Positions 32,789 through 41,037 of a stretch of 49,339 nucleotides of DNA are shown piece by piece. The stretch lies in the NCBI GenBank assembly GCA_023485445.1, contig JAMCZT010000003.1, positions 1 to 49,339 on the forward strand, read 5' to 3'. Source of the stretch: Patescibacteria group bacterium. Lineage in GTDB: Bacteria > Patescibacteriota > Microgenomatia > Woykebacterales > 2-01-FULL-43-14. Below the pieces are notes generated by a model, which did not search any database, was not told the origin of the DNA, and saw only the letters and a list, made by a program, of their open reading frames with translations. Both the position numbers and the translations under genes were made by a program. Numbering within the stretch: position 1 is the first letter of the stretch; the number at the start of each line of letters is the position of its first letter.

Positions 32789-35263
32789 TTGATGAAAAAA
32801 ATATTCCTCCAAATTTCTGGAATGCACTGCGCGAGCTGCGCTTTAACGATTGAAAAAAACTTGAAAAAAATTGAAGGCGTTGAAAATGCGGCGGTTAACT
32901 TTGCCAATGAAAAGGCAACGGTTGACTATGACGAGGCCAAGATTCATCCGGCGGATTTAGTCCGAACGATCAAGGAGAGTGGTTATGAAGCCTCTCTTTC
33001 TGAAGAAGACAAGTTATGGACTATTAGCGGCCAGAAAGTTGTTTTTAAAGCGATTGGAATGAACAATCCTCACTGCGCCGGAATTGTCGGTAAAGTTCTT
33101 CAAGATTTAAAAGGCGTTAGTAAATACAATCTCGATATCGCTTCGGAGAAAGTGGAAGCAGAATACTCCGCTCCTCTAACCGCAGAAGAGATCATGGAAG
33201 CGGTTAAAGAAGCTGGTTATGAGCCCGTTTCGTTGGAAAAACAAGCGCAGCCGTTAGAGGATCGCGAAAAACAAGCTCGAGAGAGGGAAATTAATAATTT
33301 GAAGTTTAGCACTCTCCTCGCTGCTTTACTTTCTGTCCCCATTTTCTTAGGCAGTTTCCCCGAATGGTTTCCATTTCTCCCAGGCTTTTTCTCCAATCGC
33401 TATTTGCTCTGGGTGCTTGCCACCCCCGTTCAGCTCTTCGCCGGTTGGCAATTTTATAAAGGGGCTTGGGTGGCTTTAAAACACAAAACCACCGACATGA
33501 ACACTTTGATTGCCTTGGGTACCTCGGCGGCTTATTTTTACAGCGTTTTTGCCACGGTCTTTCCCGGGATTTTAACGGCCGCTGGGCAAAAGGCGGATGT
33601 TTACTTTGACACTGCGGCGGTGATTGTCACCTTGATTCTTCTCGGGAGATATCTAGAAGCAGTGGCTCGAGGCAAAACTTCCGAGGCGATCAAAAAGCTG
33701 ATCGGCTTGCAAGCCAAAACGGCGAGGGTTATTCGTGGTGGTAAAGAAATGGATGTCCCAGTTGAAGAGGTGATAGTTGGTGATATTATCGTGGTTCGGC
33801 CGGGCGAAAAAATTTCAGTGGATGGAAAGATTATTGAGGGAACTTCTGCGATTGACGAATCAATGATTACTGGGGAATCAGTGCCCGTGGATAAAAAAGT
33901 TGGCGATGAAGTTATCGGGGCGACAATCAATAAGGCAGGCTCTTTTAAGTTCAAAGCGATTAAAGTCGGCAAAGATACTACTCTTTCTCAGATTATTCGT
34001 TTAGTGGAGGAAGCTCAGGCTTCGAAGGCCCCAGTGCAAAAATTAGCGGATACCGTGACGGCTTATTTCGTTCCGGCAGTGATGGGAATTGCTATTTTAA
34101 CCTTTACTGTCTGGTTTTTCTTTGGTCCTGCTCCCGCTTTTACTCTTGCCTTGGTTAATATGGTGGCGGTGTTGATCATTGCCTGTCCTTGTGCACTAGG
34201 ACTGGCGACACCAACGGCAATTATTGTTGGTACTGGCAAAGGAGCGGAAAACGGGATTTTGATTAAAGATGCGGGAAGTTTGGAGCTGGCGGAGAAAATT
34301 AAAACCGTCGTTTTTGACAAAACAGGGACTTTAACTAAAGGCGAACCGGAAGTGACGGATATTGCCGAAACTGATAGTTGGACAAAAAATGATTTGCTAA
34401 AAATTTCCGCCTCTGCTGAACGCTATTCGGAACATCCTTTGGGGATGGCGGTGGTGAAAAAAGCCCAAACGGAAGGGTTGACTCTGCTTGAGCCAAAAGA
34501 TTTCCAGGCAATGCCGGGAAAAGGGATTCGCGCGGTGGTTGAAGGAAAGGAAGTTTTGAAAGGAAATTTGAAGTTAATGGAAGAAAATAAAGTGGATTTG
34601 AAAGGAATGCAGGAGGAGTCTGAAGTTTTTAGTGATCTTGGTCGGACGCCAATGTATGTCGCGGTTGAGGGAAAAATTGCCGGAATCGTGGCAGTGGCCG
34701 ATACGATTAAAGATAGTTCGAAAGAAGCAGTTGGAGAGCTGCATAAAATGGGTATTCGGGTGATTATGATCACCGGCGATAATCTTCAAACGGCCCAGAC
34801 AATTGCTCGGCAAGTGGGGATTGATCAAGTTTTGGCCGAAGTGCTACCGCCAGAAAAAGAGGAAAAAATTAAGCAGCTGCAAAAGGAAACTAGAAGTGTG
34901 GTAGCGATGGTTGGGGACGGGATTAACGACGCGCCGGCTCTTGCGGCCTCCGACGTGGGAATTGCTATCGGCACTGGGACGGATGTGGCGATTGAAGCTT
35001 CGGATATAACGTTAATTAGCGGGGATTTGAAAGCGGTGGTGACGGCGATAAAGTTGTCTAAAGCGACAATGAGTACCGTTCGCCAGAATCTTTTCTTTGC
35101 GTTTGTTTATAACACGGCGCTGATTCCCGTCGCGGCCGGGGTCCTTTATCCGTTCTTCGGCATCTTACTCAACCCGATCTTTGCCGCCTTTGCGATGGCT
35201 TCCAGTTCTATTTCCGTTTTAACCAACTCTTTGCGTTTGCGGGGCTTTAAAGCGGAAAGGTGA
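32789..35263 (+). CDS. copA: Copper-translocating P1B-type ATPase
   Basis: HMA domain GMHCASCA plus a second, degenerate HMA. TGES, membrane [18 protein letters not shown]. Confidence 0.95.
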   Translation: MMKKIFLQISGMHCASCALTIEKNLKKIEGVENAAVNFANEKATVDYDEAKIHPADLVRTIKESGYEASLSEEDKLWTISGQKVVFKAIGMNNPHCAGIVGKVLQDLKGVSKYNLDIASEKVEAEYSAPLTAEEIMEAVKEAGYEPVSLEKQAQPLEDREKQAREREINNLKFSTLLAALLSVPIFLGSFPEWFPFLPGFFSNRYLLWVLATPVQLFAGWQFYKGAWVALKHKTTDMNTLIALGTSAAYFYSVFATVFPGILTAAGQKADVYFDTAAVIVTLILLGRYLEAVARGKTSEAIKKLIGLQAKTARVIRGGKEMDVPVEEVIVGDIIVVRPGEKISVDGKIIEGTSAIDESMITGESVPVDKKVGDEVIGATINKAGSFKFKAIKVGKDTTLSQIIRLVEEAQASKAPVQKLADTVTAYFVPAVMGIAILTFTVWFFFGPAPAFTLALVNMVAVLIIACPCALGLATPTAIIVGTGKGAENGILIKDAGSLELAEKIKTVVFDKTGTLTKGEPEVTDIAETDSWTKNDLLKISASAERYSEHPLGMAVVKKAQTEGLTLLEPKDFQAMPGKGIRAVVEGKEVLKGNLKLMEENKVDLKGMQEESEVFSDLGRTPMYVAVEGKIAGIVAVADTIKDSSKEAVGELHKMGIRVIMITGDNLQTAQTIARQVGIDQVLAEVLPPEKEEKIKQLQKETRSVVAMVGDGINDAPALAASDVGIAIGTGTDVAIEASDITLISGDLKAVVTAIKLSKATMSTVRQNLFFAFVYNTALIPVAAGVLYPFFGILLNPIFAAFAMASSSISVLTNSLRLRGFKAER

Positions 35264-35337
35264 AATTTGGCCAAAAAAGAGGCGCCAAAGAAGTTTGCGA
35301 TTTTCCTTAGCGCCTGTTTGCTCTACTCTTTTCTCTC

Positions 35338-36204
35338 CTAAATCGGCGATTCGCCTTTCTCAACTATAATTCGACCGATGTGCTCGTAGATAACACTCAG
35401 AATTCTCTCCCAGAGTCTCTCGGCGAGATCATCTCCGAGCGATCTGGTAAGCCAGAGGCTCAGTTTGAGAAGTTCCTGGGTAGTGATAGGGGAGGAGAGT
35501 ACCGTCGAGTACGGTTCGAACAAGGATCCCGTCTCGATTTTCCAAAATCCAATTGAGTGGTAGGTGATTTTCACCGAGAGATCCCCATCGGTTATTTCAG
35601 AGAAGTAATCGATTACCACTCCGTTTCCATCTCCTTTGATGAAACGGATAACCCAGTCTGGGGCTTGTTTTTTGAGCTCTTCCCAGACATTCCGATTAGT
35701 CTCAGCGTTTTTGTCTAGGCAAATTTCCTGTGCTAGGTTGCCCCAAGGAACGAAGATGAAGAAACGCCTCAAGAAACTTATTAAAGTTACTCGGAAATGT
35801 GCCCGGCCGTTGCTTCCTGGTCGGCGCTGAAGTGGGTTGATATCGAATTGGATGTGATACTGACCTGGCTTACCATCAAGGGCAATGTAGCGAATTTCTT
35901 TTTGGCGTAGGATATCCTCCATATTCCAGTCGGGTAATAGCCTTGGGTTTTTGACCGATCCGTAAATAGTTCCCTTACCCAGAAGTATTCCCAACGGTGT
36001 ATCTTTCGATTCAGCGACCAAAAGGAGGCTTAAATCTTTCCGAGCGGCGATGACTTGCACGTGCTTAGAATCTTCTGATCCGAGTTGTCTCTCGAAGATC
36101 CTCTCGAAACCTACTCTTCTTAGATCACCTAGGAAATCCGGCCACTCTAGGCGCTGCAGATCCGTCTTTACTTCCTTCAAGACGTCCTCAGAATAGTTTG
36201 CCAT
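35338..36204 (-). CDS. Orphan hypothetical protein (288 aa)
   Basis: ORF 35338..36291. I prefer the ATG at 36204 (MANYSEDV...) behind AAGGAGAG. One of few - strand genes. Looks more G+C-rich than its neighbours. No family recognised. Confidence 0.55.
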   Translation of the reverse strand: MANYSEDVLKEVKTDLQRLEWPDFLGDLRRVGFERIFERQLGSEDSKHVQVIAARKDLSLLLVAESKDTPLGILLGKGTIYGSVKNPRLLPDWNMEDILRQKEIRYIALDGKPGQYHIQFDINPLQRRPGSNGRAHFRVTLISFLRRFFIFVPWGNLAQEICLDKNAETNRNVWEELKKQAPDWVIRFIKGDGNGVVIDYFSEITDGDLSVKITYHSIGFWKIETGSLFEPYSTVLSSPITTQELLKLSLWLTRSLGDDLAERLWERILSVIYEHIGRIIVEKGESPI

Positions 36205-36417
36205 TTTACTCTCTCCTTCGGCCATTGGCCAAAATATAGCGCGTCGTCTCGACGGCGGGGGAATTGTACCAGAAAAACACCCGAAAGTCAAAAAAGACTT
36301 GGCTAATTTTCGTATTGCATTTCCTTGATTTTTTCACTACAATATGCTTGGTTGCTCGTGTACAGATTGACTAGCGGGCAATTATAATCAAAATCAGGTG
36401 TTTGATTTGGGCGACTT

Positions 36418-36570
36418 ATGTCTCAAGAAGAATTAAAGAGGTTAAAAAAAGACGCAGCTAAAAATCCTCCTCGTGAGTTGAGGGGGATTATTATGGATGG
36501 GAGTGAGTCTAAGGTAAAAAAAAGCTCCACAAGCATTCTGCTTGAAATGCGATACTCCCAACCCCGATGA
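36418..36570 (+). CDS. Putative small antitoxin (50 aa) coupled to the PIN toxin
   Basis: ATG 36418. The stop TGA overlaps ATG 36567 of the PIN gene (ATGA). Charged and Lys-rich. A TATAAT lies at 36383..36388. The RBS is weak and there is no homology call. Confidence 0.4.
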   Translation: MSQEELKRLKKDAAKNPPRELRGIIMDGSESKVKKSSTSILLEMRYSQPR

Positions 36571-37094
36571 AACCCTGCGTCCTAATGGATAGTAGTGTTG
36601 TGATAGCGGCGTTAGAAAGTAGTGACCTATTCCACCCTGATGCTGTGTTAGTTTTCAAAGAACTATTTCATCGCCGGAGAAAAAATAAATTAAAGCTAAT
36701 TATCCCCTCGATTGTCTTTTATGAAACAATGGTTACCTTACTTAAAAAGGGTCTTGAACGGAAGGTTGTAGAGAGGCATCTCTGGAAATTTCTCCACCTG
36801 AATAATATTTTTAACGTTGCTGTAATTGAAACGATGGCTTTTAGACTCACTAAAAATCTCGATCAAATTTCCCTCGCAAATCTCCGAACGTACGATTTTA
36901 TGATTGCGAGTATCGGTTTAGAATTCGACGCTCAGATTTTGACTTTCGATTTGAAAATGAGAAAAAAGATTGGGCAATTTTATCCCTCAGTTTATTACTG
37001 CTCGAGTATTTCAAGTCAAAATACGTTTGGAGATGAAACACCAAAGTTTTTACAAGAATTGGATAACCGTCTAACCAATGTTTATGGAGGTTGA
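36567..37094 (+). CDS. vapC: PIN-domain (VapC-like) ribonuclease toxin
   Basis: N-terminal LMDSSVVIAALE (first acidic residue), ETMVTLL, YDFMIASIGLEFDAQILTFDLKM (the conserved D...T.D PIN end). It has an unusually long C-terminal tail. Confidence 0.65.
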   Translation: MKPCVLMDSSVVIAALESSDLFHPDAVLVFKELFHRRRKNKLKLIIPSIVFYETMVTLLKKGLERKVVERHLWKFLHLNNIFNVAVIETMAFRLTKNLDQISLANLRTYDFMIASIGLEFDAQILTFDLKMRKKIGQFYPSVYYCSSISSQNTFGDETPKFLQELDNRLTNVYGG

Positions 37095-37099
37095 TCTTA

Positions 37100-38326
37100 A
37101 TGATCAAGAAGAAAATTATTTTTAATGATTTTTGTGAATGGACTTTTGATACCACGCGGGCGGAGGGAAGCTTTATCTGGGACGAAACCGGTCGGAAACT
37201 GATCGACTTTACTTCCGGCTGGAACGTGACGAACCTGGGTTGGAATCATCCGGAAATTACCGAAGCGATGATCCTCCAGGCGAAAAGGAGCTCATATGTG
37301 CCAATGTGGACGCTGGATCCGATTCAAGAAAAACTGGCGGAAGAGTTGACGAAGGCTTTACCCGTTGGATTGAATACTTGTTCTCGGGCGACTGGCGGAA
37401 CAGAGGCGAACGAAGAAGCTCTCAAAACGGCTCGCGCTTATACTGGTCGGAAGAAAATCCTCGGTTTTAAAGATACTTATCACGGTCAGTCTTTTGGGAC
37501 GCTCGCGATCGGTTATTTACCCGAATACGAAGTCGTCAAAGCTATTTCTCCGCTTGTTCCCGGTTTTATTCAGCTGGATTATCCAGCGATTTCTTCTAGA
37601 GAACCTCAAGAAAAAATTCTTTCTGATTTTTCCACTCAACTAGAAGAAGTATTAAAAAATGAAGACGTGGCGGCAGTGGTGACGGAAGCTGGAATTATCA
37701 CTGGCTGGGGTTCGACGCTCATGGCCCCGTCGGGTTTTCTGACGGCTGTTCGAAATCTCACGAAAAAGTATGGCACTTTGTTGATCCTTGATGAGGTGGG
37801 GACTGGTTTTTCTCGCTGCGGAAAGTTGTTTGGGATGGAAATTGAAGGCGTGGTACCAGATATTGTAACCTTCGCTAAAGGATTTTCGAATGGGGCCGCG
37901 GCGATCGGGGCAATGGTGACCACGACGGAAATTGGGGAAAGAACTTGTAACGTGACGAATCTAACTTCGACTTTTGGTTGGATGCCGATCGCTTGTGCGG
38001 CCTCTTTGAAAACCTTAGAGATTCACCAAAGAGATAAGGTTTGGGAAAAAGCGGCGCGGGACGGGGATTATTTACAGGCGAGCTTACGGGAAGAGTTGAA
38101 AGAACTTTCTCCTGCTCCCACCATCCGGGGAATCGGGATGGAAATTGGCGTTGATTTTGGCCAAGGGCGACTGGTTCCAAGAATCGTGACAGAGAGCCGA
38201 AAAAACGGCCTGCACGTGGTGGGGGACTGCGAGAATAATCTTCAGATCATGCCGCCTCTGACGATCGAAAGAGCCGTCTTAGACGAAGGGATCGAGATTT
38301 TGGTTAAAATCATTCGCTCCCTCTGA
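37100..38326 (+). CDS. Class III pyridoxal-phosphate aminotransferase (acetylornithine/GABA/omega-aminotransferase family)
   Basis: GGTEANEEALKTAR, DEVGTGFSRCGKLFG, and the PLP-Lys motif FAKGFSNG. ATG 37100 is preferred over TTG 37091. Confidence 0.85.
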   Translation: MIKKKIIFNDFCEWTFDTTRAEGSFIWDETGRKLIDFTSGWNVTNLGWNHPEITEAMILQAKRSSYVPMWTLDPIQEKLAEELTKALPVGLNTCSRATGGTEANEEALKTARAYTGRKKILGFKDTYHGQSFGTLAIGYLPEYEVVKAISPLVPGFIQLDYPAISSREPQEKILSDFSTQLEEVLKNEDVAAVVTEAGIITGWGSTLMAPSGFLTAVRNLTKKYGTLLILDEVGTGFSRCGKLFGMEIEGVVPDIVTFAKGFSNGAAAIGAMVTTTEIGERTCNVTNLTSTFGWMPIACAASLKTLEIHQRDKVWEKAARDGDYLQASLREELKELSPAPTIRGIGMEIGVDFGQGRLVPRIVTESRKNGLHVVGDCENNLQIMPPLTIERAVLDEGIEILVKIIRSL

Positions 38327-38397
38327 CCCATAATTTTTTGACATTTTCCTTTTTTCTGTGTTAGAATCCTTCTCAACTTTGTTTTTGGAGGGAGAAA

Positions 38398-38877
38398 ATG
38401 TCTTTGGTCAATGATCTTGGTCTCTACGCGATTAGAGAGTTTGACACCAAGTTGGCCCAGAAACGAGAGGAGGAGTGCAAGGTCAGCCGCGCGATTGAGT
38501 ATCTTCTCGAACTAGCCGCTTTAGCTCGAGATCAGGATCGAGATTTGATTATCCTGAAAGGGCCTCAGGCGGTTATTATCGAAAGCCCGGGTGAGTTGGT
38601 CTGGCATCCGGATGTTAGGGAACCAGTTGGTGCTTTTCGGTTTTCGATTCTTCAAGGGCCTGGGCCGTTGACCACCTGGATGGATGAAGAGAGACTCCGC
38701 CAGTGGATCGTCGATCTCTTTCTGCGAACGAACTCTGAAAAAGAGGTGACGGTAGGAGTTCTTGGCCAGCGTTCGTTAGAATCCGATCCAGATCGTGAAG
38801 TTCGCTACCAAGAGATTCTTCGAGTCCACAGCGCGAAAATCGGCAAGGATCTCTTACCCAAACCGGTGGAATCCTAA
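38398..38877 (+). CDS. Orphan hypothetical protein (159 aa)
   Basis: RBS GGAGGGAG. No recognised motif. Looks G+C-richer than the window average. Confidence 0.5.
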   Translation: MSLVNDLGLYAIREFDTKLAQKREEECKVSRAIEYLLELAALARDQDRDLIILKGPQAVIIESPGELVWHPDVREPVGAFRFSILQGPGPLTTWMDEERLRQWIVDLFLRTNSEKEVTVGVLGQRSLESDPDREVRYQEILRVHSAKIGKDLLPKPVES

Positions 38878-38903
38878 GCCGACTTCAAAACTCTTGCCTT
38901 AAT

Positions 38904-38937
38904 GGAGCCGTTTTGCCCAATCGGCTCCTTCTTTTTT
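38904..38937 (+). terminator. Intrinsic terminator
   Basis: GGAGCCG (38904..38910) / CGGCTCC (38922..38928), followed by TTCTTTTTT. Confidence 0.8.
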
Positions 38938-39054
38938 GGCTAAAATAATGGTATTTACTCGTTTAACTCGAGTTTGCAACTCTCGTTAAACGATTGTGTA
39001 ATCAAAATTGCTTAATGAGTTGCAAAATTGAAGTATTTTGATTATAAATAAATT

Positions 39055-39504
39055 ATGAAACCTGGAGTGGATTTTATTGGTATCAGTACACCCTTTTACT
39101 GTAATGATGGTAAAGGACTTTTCCTTTTCCATAAGCGCAGTAAGAATTGTCGTGACGAGCACGGCGCTTGGGACGTCGGTTCAGGCAAACTGGAGTTTGG
39201 ATTAACTCCCGAAGAAAATGTGCTTAAGGAAGTCCTAGAAGAATACGGTTGTCACGGTGAAATCCAAGAGGCGTTTCCTGTTCATTCAATGTTTCGAGAG
39301 TGGCAGGGACAGAAAACCCATTGGATTGCCATTCCCTTTTTTATCAAAATCAACCCAGCGGAAGTGCAGATCAACGAACCGGAAAGCATGGATGAGATAG
39401 GCTGGTTTAGTTTAGACGCTTTACCAGACCCTTTACACACCGGTTTTCGATATACCTTTGAGCGATATCACCAACATTTTGAAAAATATTGGAGAAAAAG
39501 ATAA
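39055..39504 (+). CDS. NUDIX hydrolase
   Basis: Nudix box GSGKLEFGLTPEENVLKEVLEEYGC. Confidence 0.8.
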   Translation: MKPGVDFIGISTPFYCNDGKGLFLFHKRSKNCRDEHGAWDVGSGKLEFGLTPEENVLKEVLEEYGCHGEIQEAFPVHSMFREWQGQKTHWIAIPFFIKINPAEVQINEPESMDEIGWFSLDALPDPLHTGFRYTFERYHQHFEKYWRKR

Positions 39505-39965
39505 TAAACTCAAAAGTCAAAAGGCAAAATTGCAAAGTAAAAGTTAAAAATAATAACGAAAAGAAATATCCCGATGTGACAGTCGGGGGGCTGATTTTTA
39601 ATCAAGAGAACAAATTTTTTCTAATGACCTCACCAAAATGGGATGGAAAGTACACTATTCCCGGTGGTCATATTGAACGGGGCGAGACAATCGAGGAAGC
39701 ACTGCGGCGAGAGATAAAAGAAGAAACAAATCTCGACATCTTTGAGATAGAATTTATTACTTATATGGAATCTCTATCCACGGAAGATTTTCACGATAAA
39801 CGGCACTTTATTTTCTTCGACTTTGCTTGTCAAACAAAAACGGAAGAGGTGGTTTTGGATCGAGAAGGAACCGATTATGTCTGGGTGACGTTAGACGAAG
39901 CGCTTCAACTTCCGCTGGCTAATTCGACCAAAGATCTTATTTTGATTTATCGGGATCAACAGTAG
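39489..39965 (+). CDS. NUDIX hydrolase (start uncertain; possibly GTG within PDVTVGG)
   Basis: Nudix box PGGHIERGETIEEALRREIKEETNL. The N-terminal 25 aa are Lys/Asn low complexity and may not be translated. Confidence 0.75.
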   Translation: MEKKIINSKVKRQNCKVKVKNNNEKKYPDVTVGGLIFNQENKFFLMTSPKWDGKYTIPGGHIERGETIEEALRREIKEETNLDIFEIEFITYMESLSTEDFHDKRHFIFFDFACQTKTEEVVLDREGTDYVWVTLDEALQLPLANSTKDLILIYRDQQ

Positions 39966-40096
39966 CTCCTAAGAATTTTCTCAGCTTTTCAGCGTAGGCT
40001 AACCTTTCTTCGGGTGGGGCGAGTCTTTTTTCGTCCCTAATTATTTTAACATGTCCAGACTTGTTGAGAAACCTTTCCCTCTGATATAATTTTTCT

Positions 40097-40858
40097 ATGC
40101 TACTTTTTTCCCTACTCAACCCGGAAACTACGCAGGCTTGCACTTCCGTGGGATGTTATCTCTCTAAAAATGGTGGTTTGGTCAGCTTTCCTTTGGTGAC
40201 AATGGCCGGTTTGATTGATGGTATCAACCCCTGTGCCATCGGAATGTTAATCCTGCTTTTAGGATACTTGATCGTTTTTGCTGGAAAACCGGAAAGGGTG
40301 TTAAAGACCGGCTTAATCTATATTATTTCGATCTACATAACTTATTTTATTATCGGTGTTTTCTTCTACCAGTCAGCTCATTTGCTTGATACTTCCAGCT
40401 TCCGAAAGCCCTTTAATCTAAGCCTAACCTTAGTATTATTCATTGCAGGAGTGCTTAACGTTAAAGATTATTTCAAACCGGATTGGGGAGTAAGCTTGGG
40501 CGTGCCAAAGGCAGTCCAGCCATTTCTGCTGCAGTGGGTAGAGAAAGTTAGCTTACCGGCAACAGCGATTTTAGGAATAATTGTCACTTTACTGGAGACT
40601 CCCTGCTCGTTACCTATTTATGTTGGCACAGCAAAAATTTTGTCTGATTCAGGATACCCTTACTCTGTCGTATTGGCTTACCTTGGTTACTATAATTTTC
40701 TTTTTATTCTGCCGTTAATTATTATTTTAATTTTAGTCTGGAAAGGTAAAGAAATGGTCACTCTGAAAGAGTGGGAACACCGCGGCAAGAAGTATATGAA
40801 ACTTTCTTTAGGCATTTTCTTAGTTCTTCTTTCCGGCGCGCTCCTCATTTTTGCTTAA
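40097..40858 (+). CDS. CcdA/DsbD-like membrane protein (second copy in the window)
   Basis: Polytopic, with GINPCAIGMLILLLGY and LETPCSLPIY Cys motifs. TGATATAAT extended -10 upstream. Confidence 0.55.
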   Translation: MLLFSLLNPETTQACTSVGCYLSKNGGLVSFPLVTMAGLIDGINPCAIGMLILLLGYLIVFAGKPERVLKTGLIYIISIYITYFIIGVFFYQSAHLLDTSSFRKPFNLSLTLVLFIAGVLNVKDYFKPDWGVSLGVPKAVQPFLLQWVEKVSLPATAILGIIVTLLETPCSLPIYVGTAKILSDSGYPYSVVLAYLGYYNFLFILPLIIILILVWKGKEMVTLKEWEHRGKKYMKLSLGIFLVLLSGALLIFA

Positions 40859-40934
40859 TTAACCCCATAGTTGAAAGTTTGCTGTTAGGTTCAAAAATAT
40901 ATATATATCTCGGTAGGACAAGGTATTTTAAGTA

Positions 40935-40963
40935 TTGACAGACAAGCGATATTTACCTAGAGT
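40935..40963 (+). promoter_or_regulatory. Candidate promoter of the surface-protein/sortase operon
   Basis: TTGACA (40935..40940), 17-nt spacer, TAGAGT (40958..40963). Confidence 0.5.
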
Positions 40964-41037
40964 AATAAAAGTGGTGGCCTTGTCTTTTGACAGGCTTGTT
41001 TAAGCTTATTAAAAATTTACTAAAAGGAGAAACGCTT

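Noticed and set aside
33601-34828. Antisense ORFs inside copA (33601..33972, 34063..34320, 34423..34773, 34574..34828), and similar nested ORFs inside the surface protein (40953..41450, 42054..43479), GT genes, nrdJ and lepA
   Set aside because: All lie entirely within strongly supported genes on the opposite strand or in another frame. They lack an RBS and have low-complexity, Ser/Pro/Thr-rich translations typical of shadow ORFs.
39937-40143. 68-aa minus-strand ORF between the NUDIX gene and the CcdA-like gene
   Set aside because: It spans a + strand terminator hairpin (40016..40037) and the TGATATAAT promoter of the downstream gene. It has no RBS and no recognisable domain.
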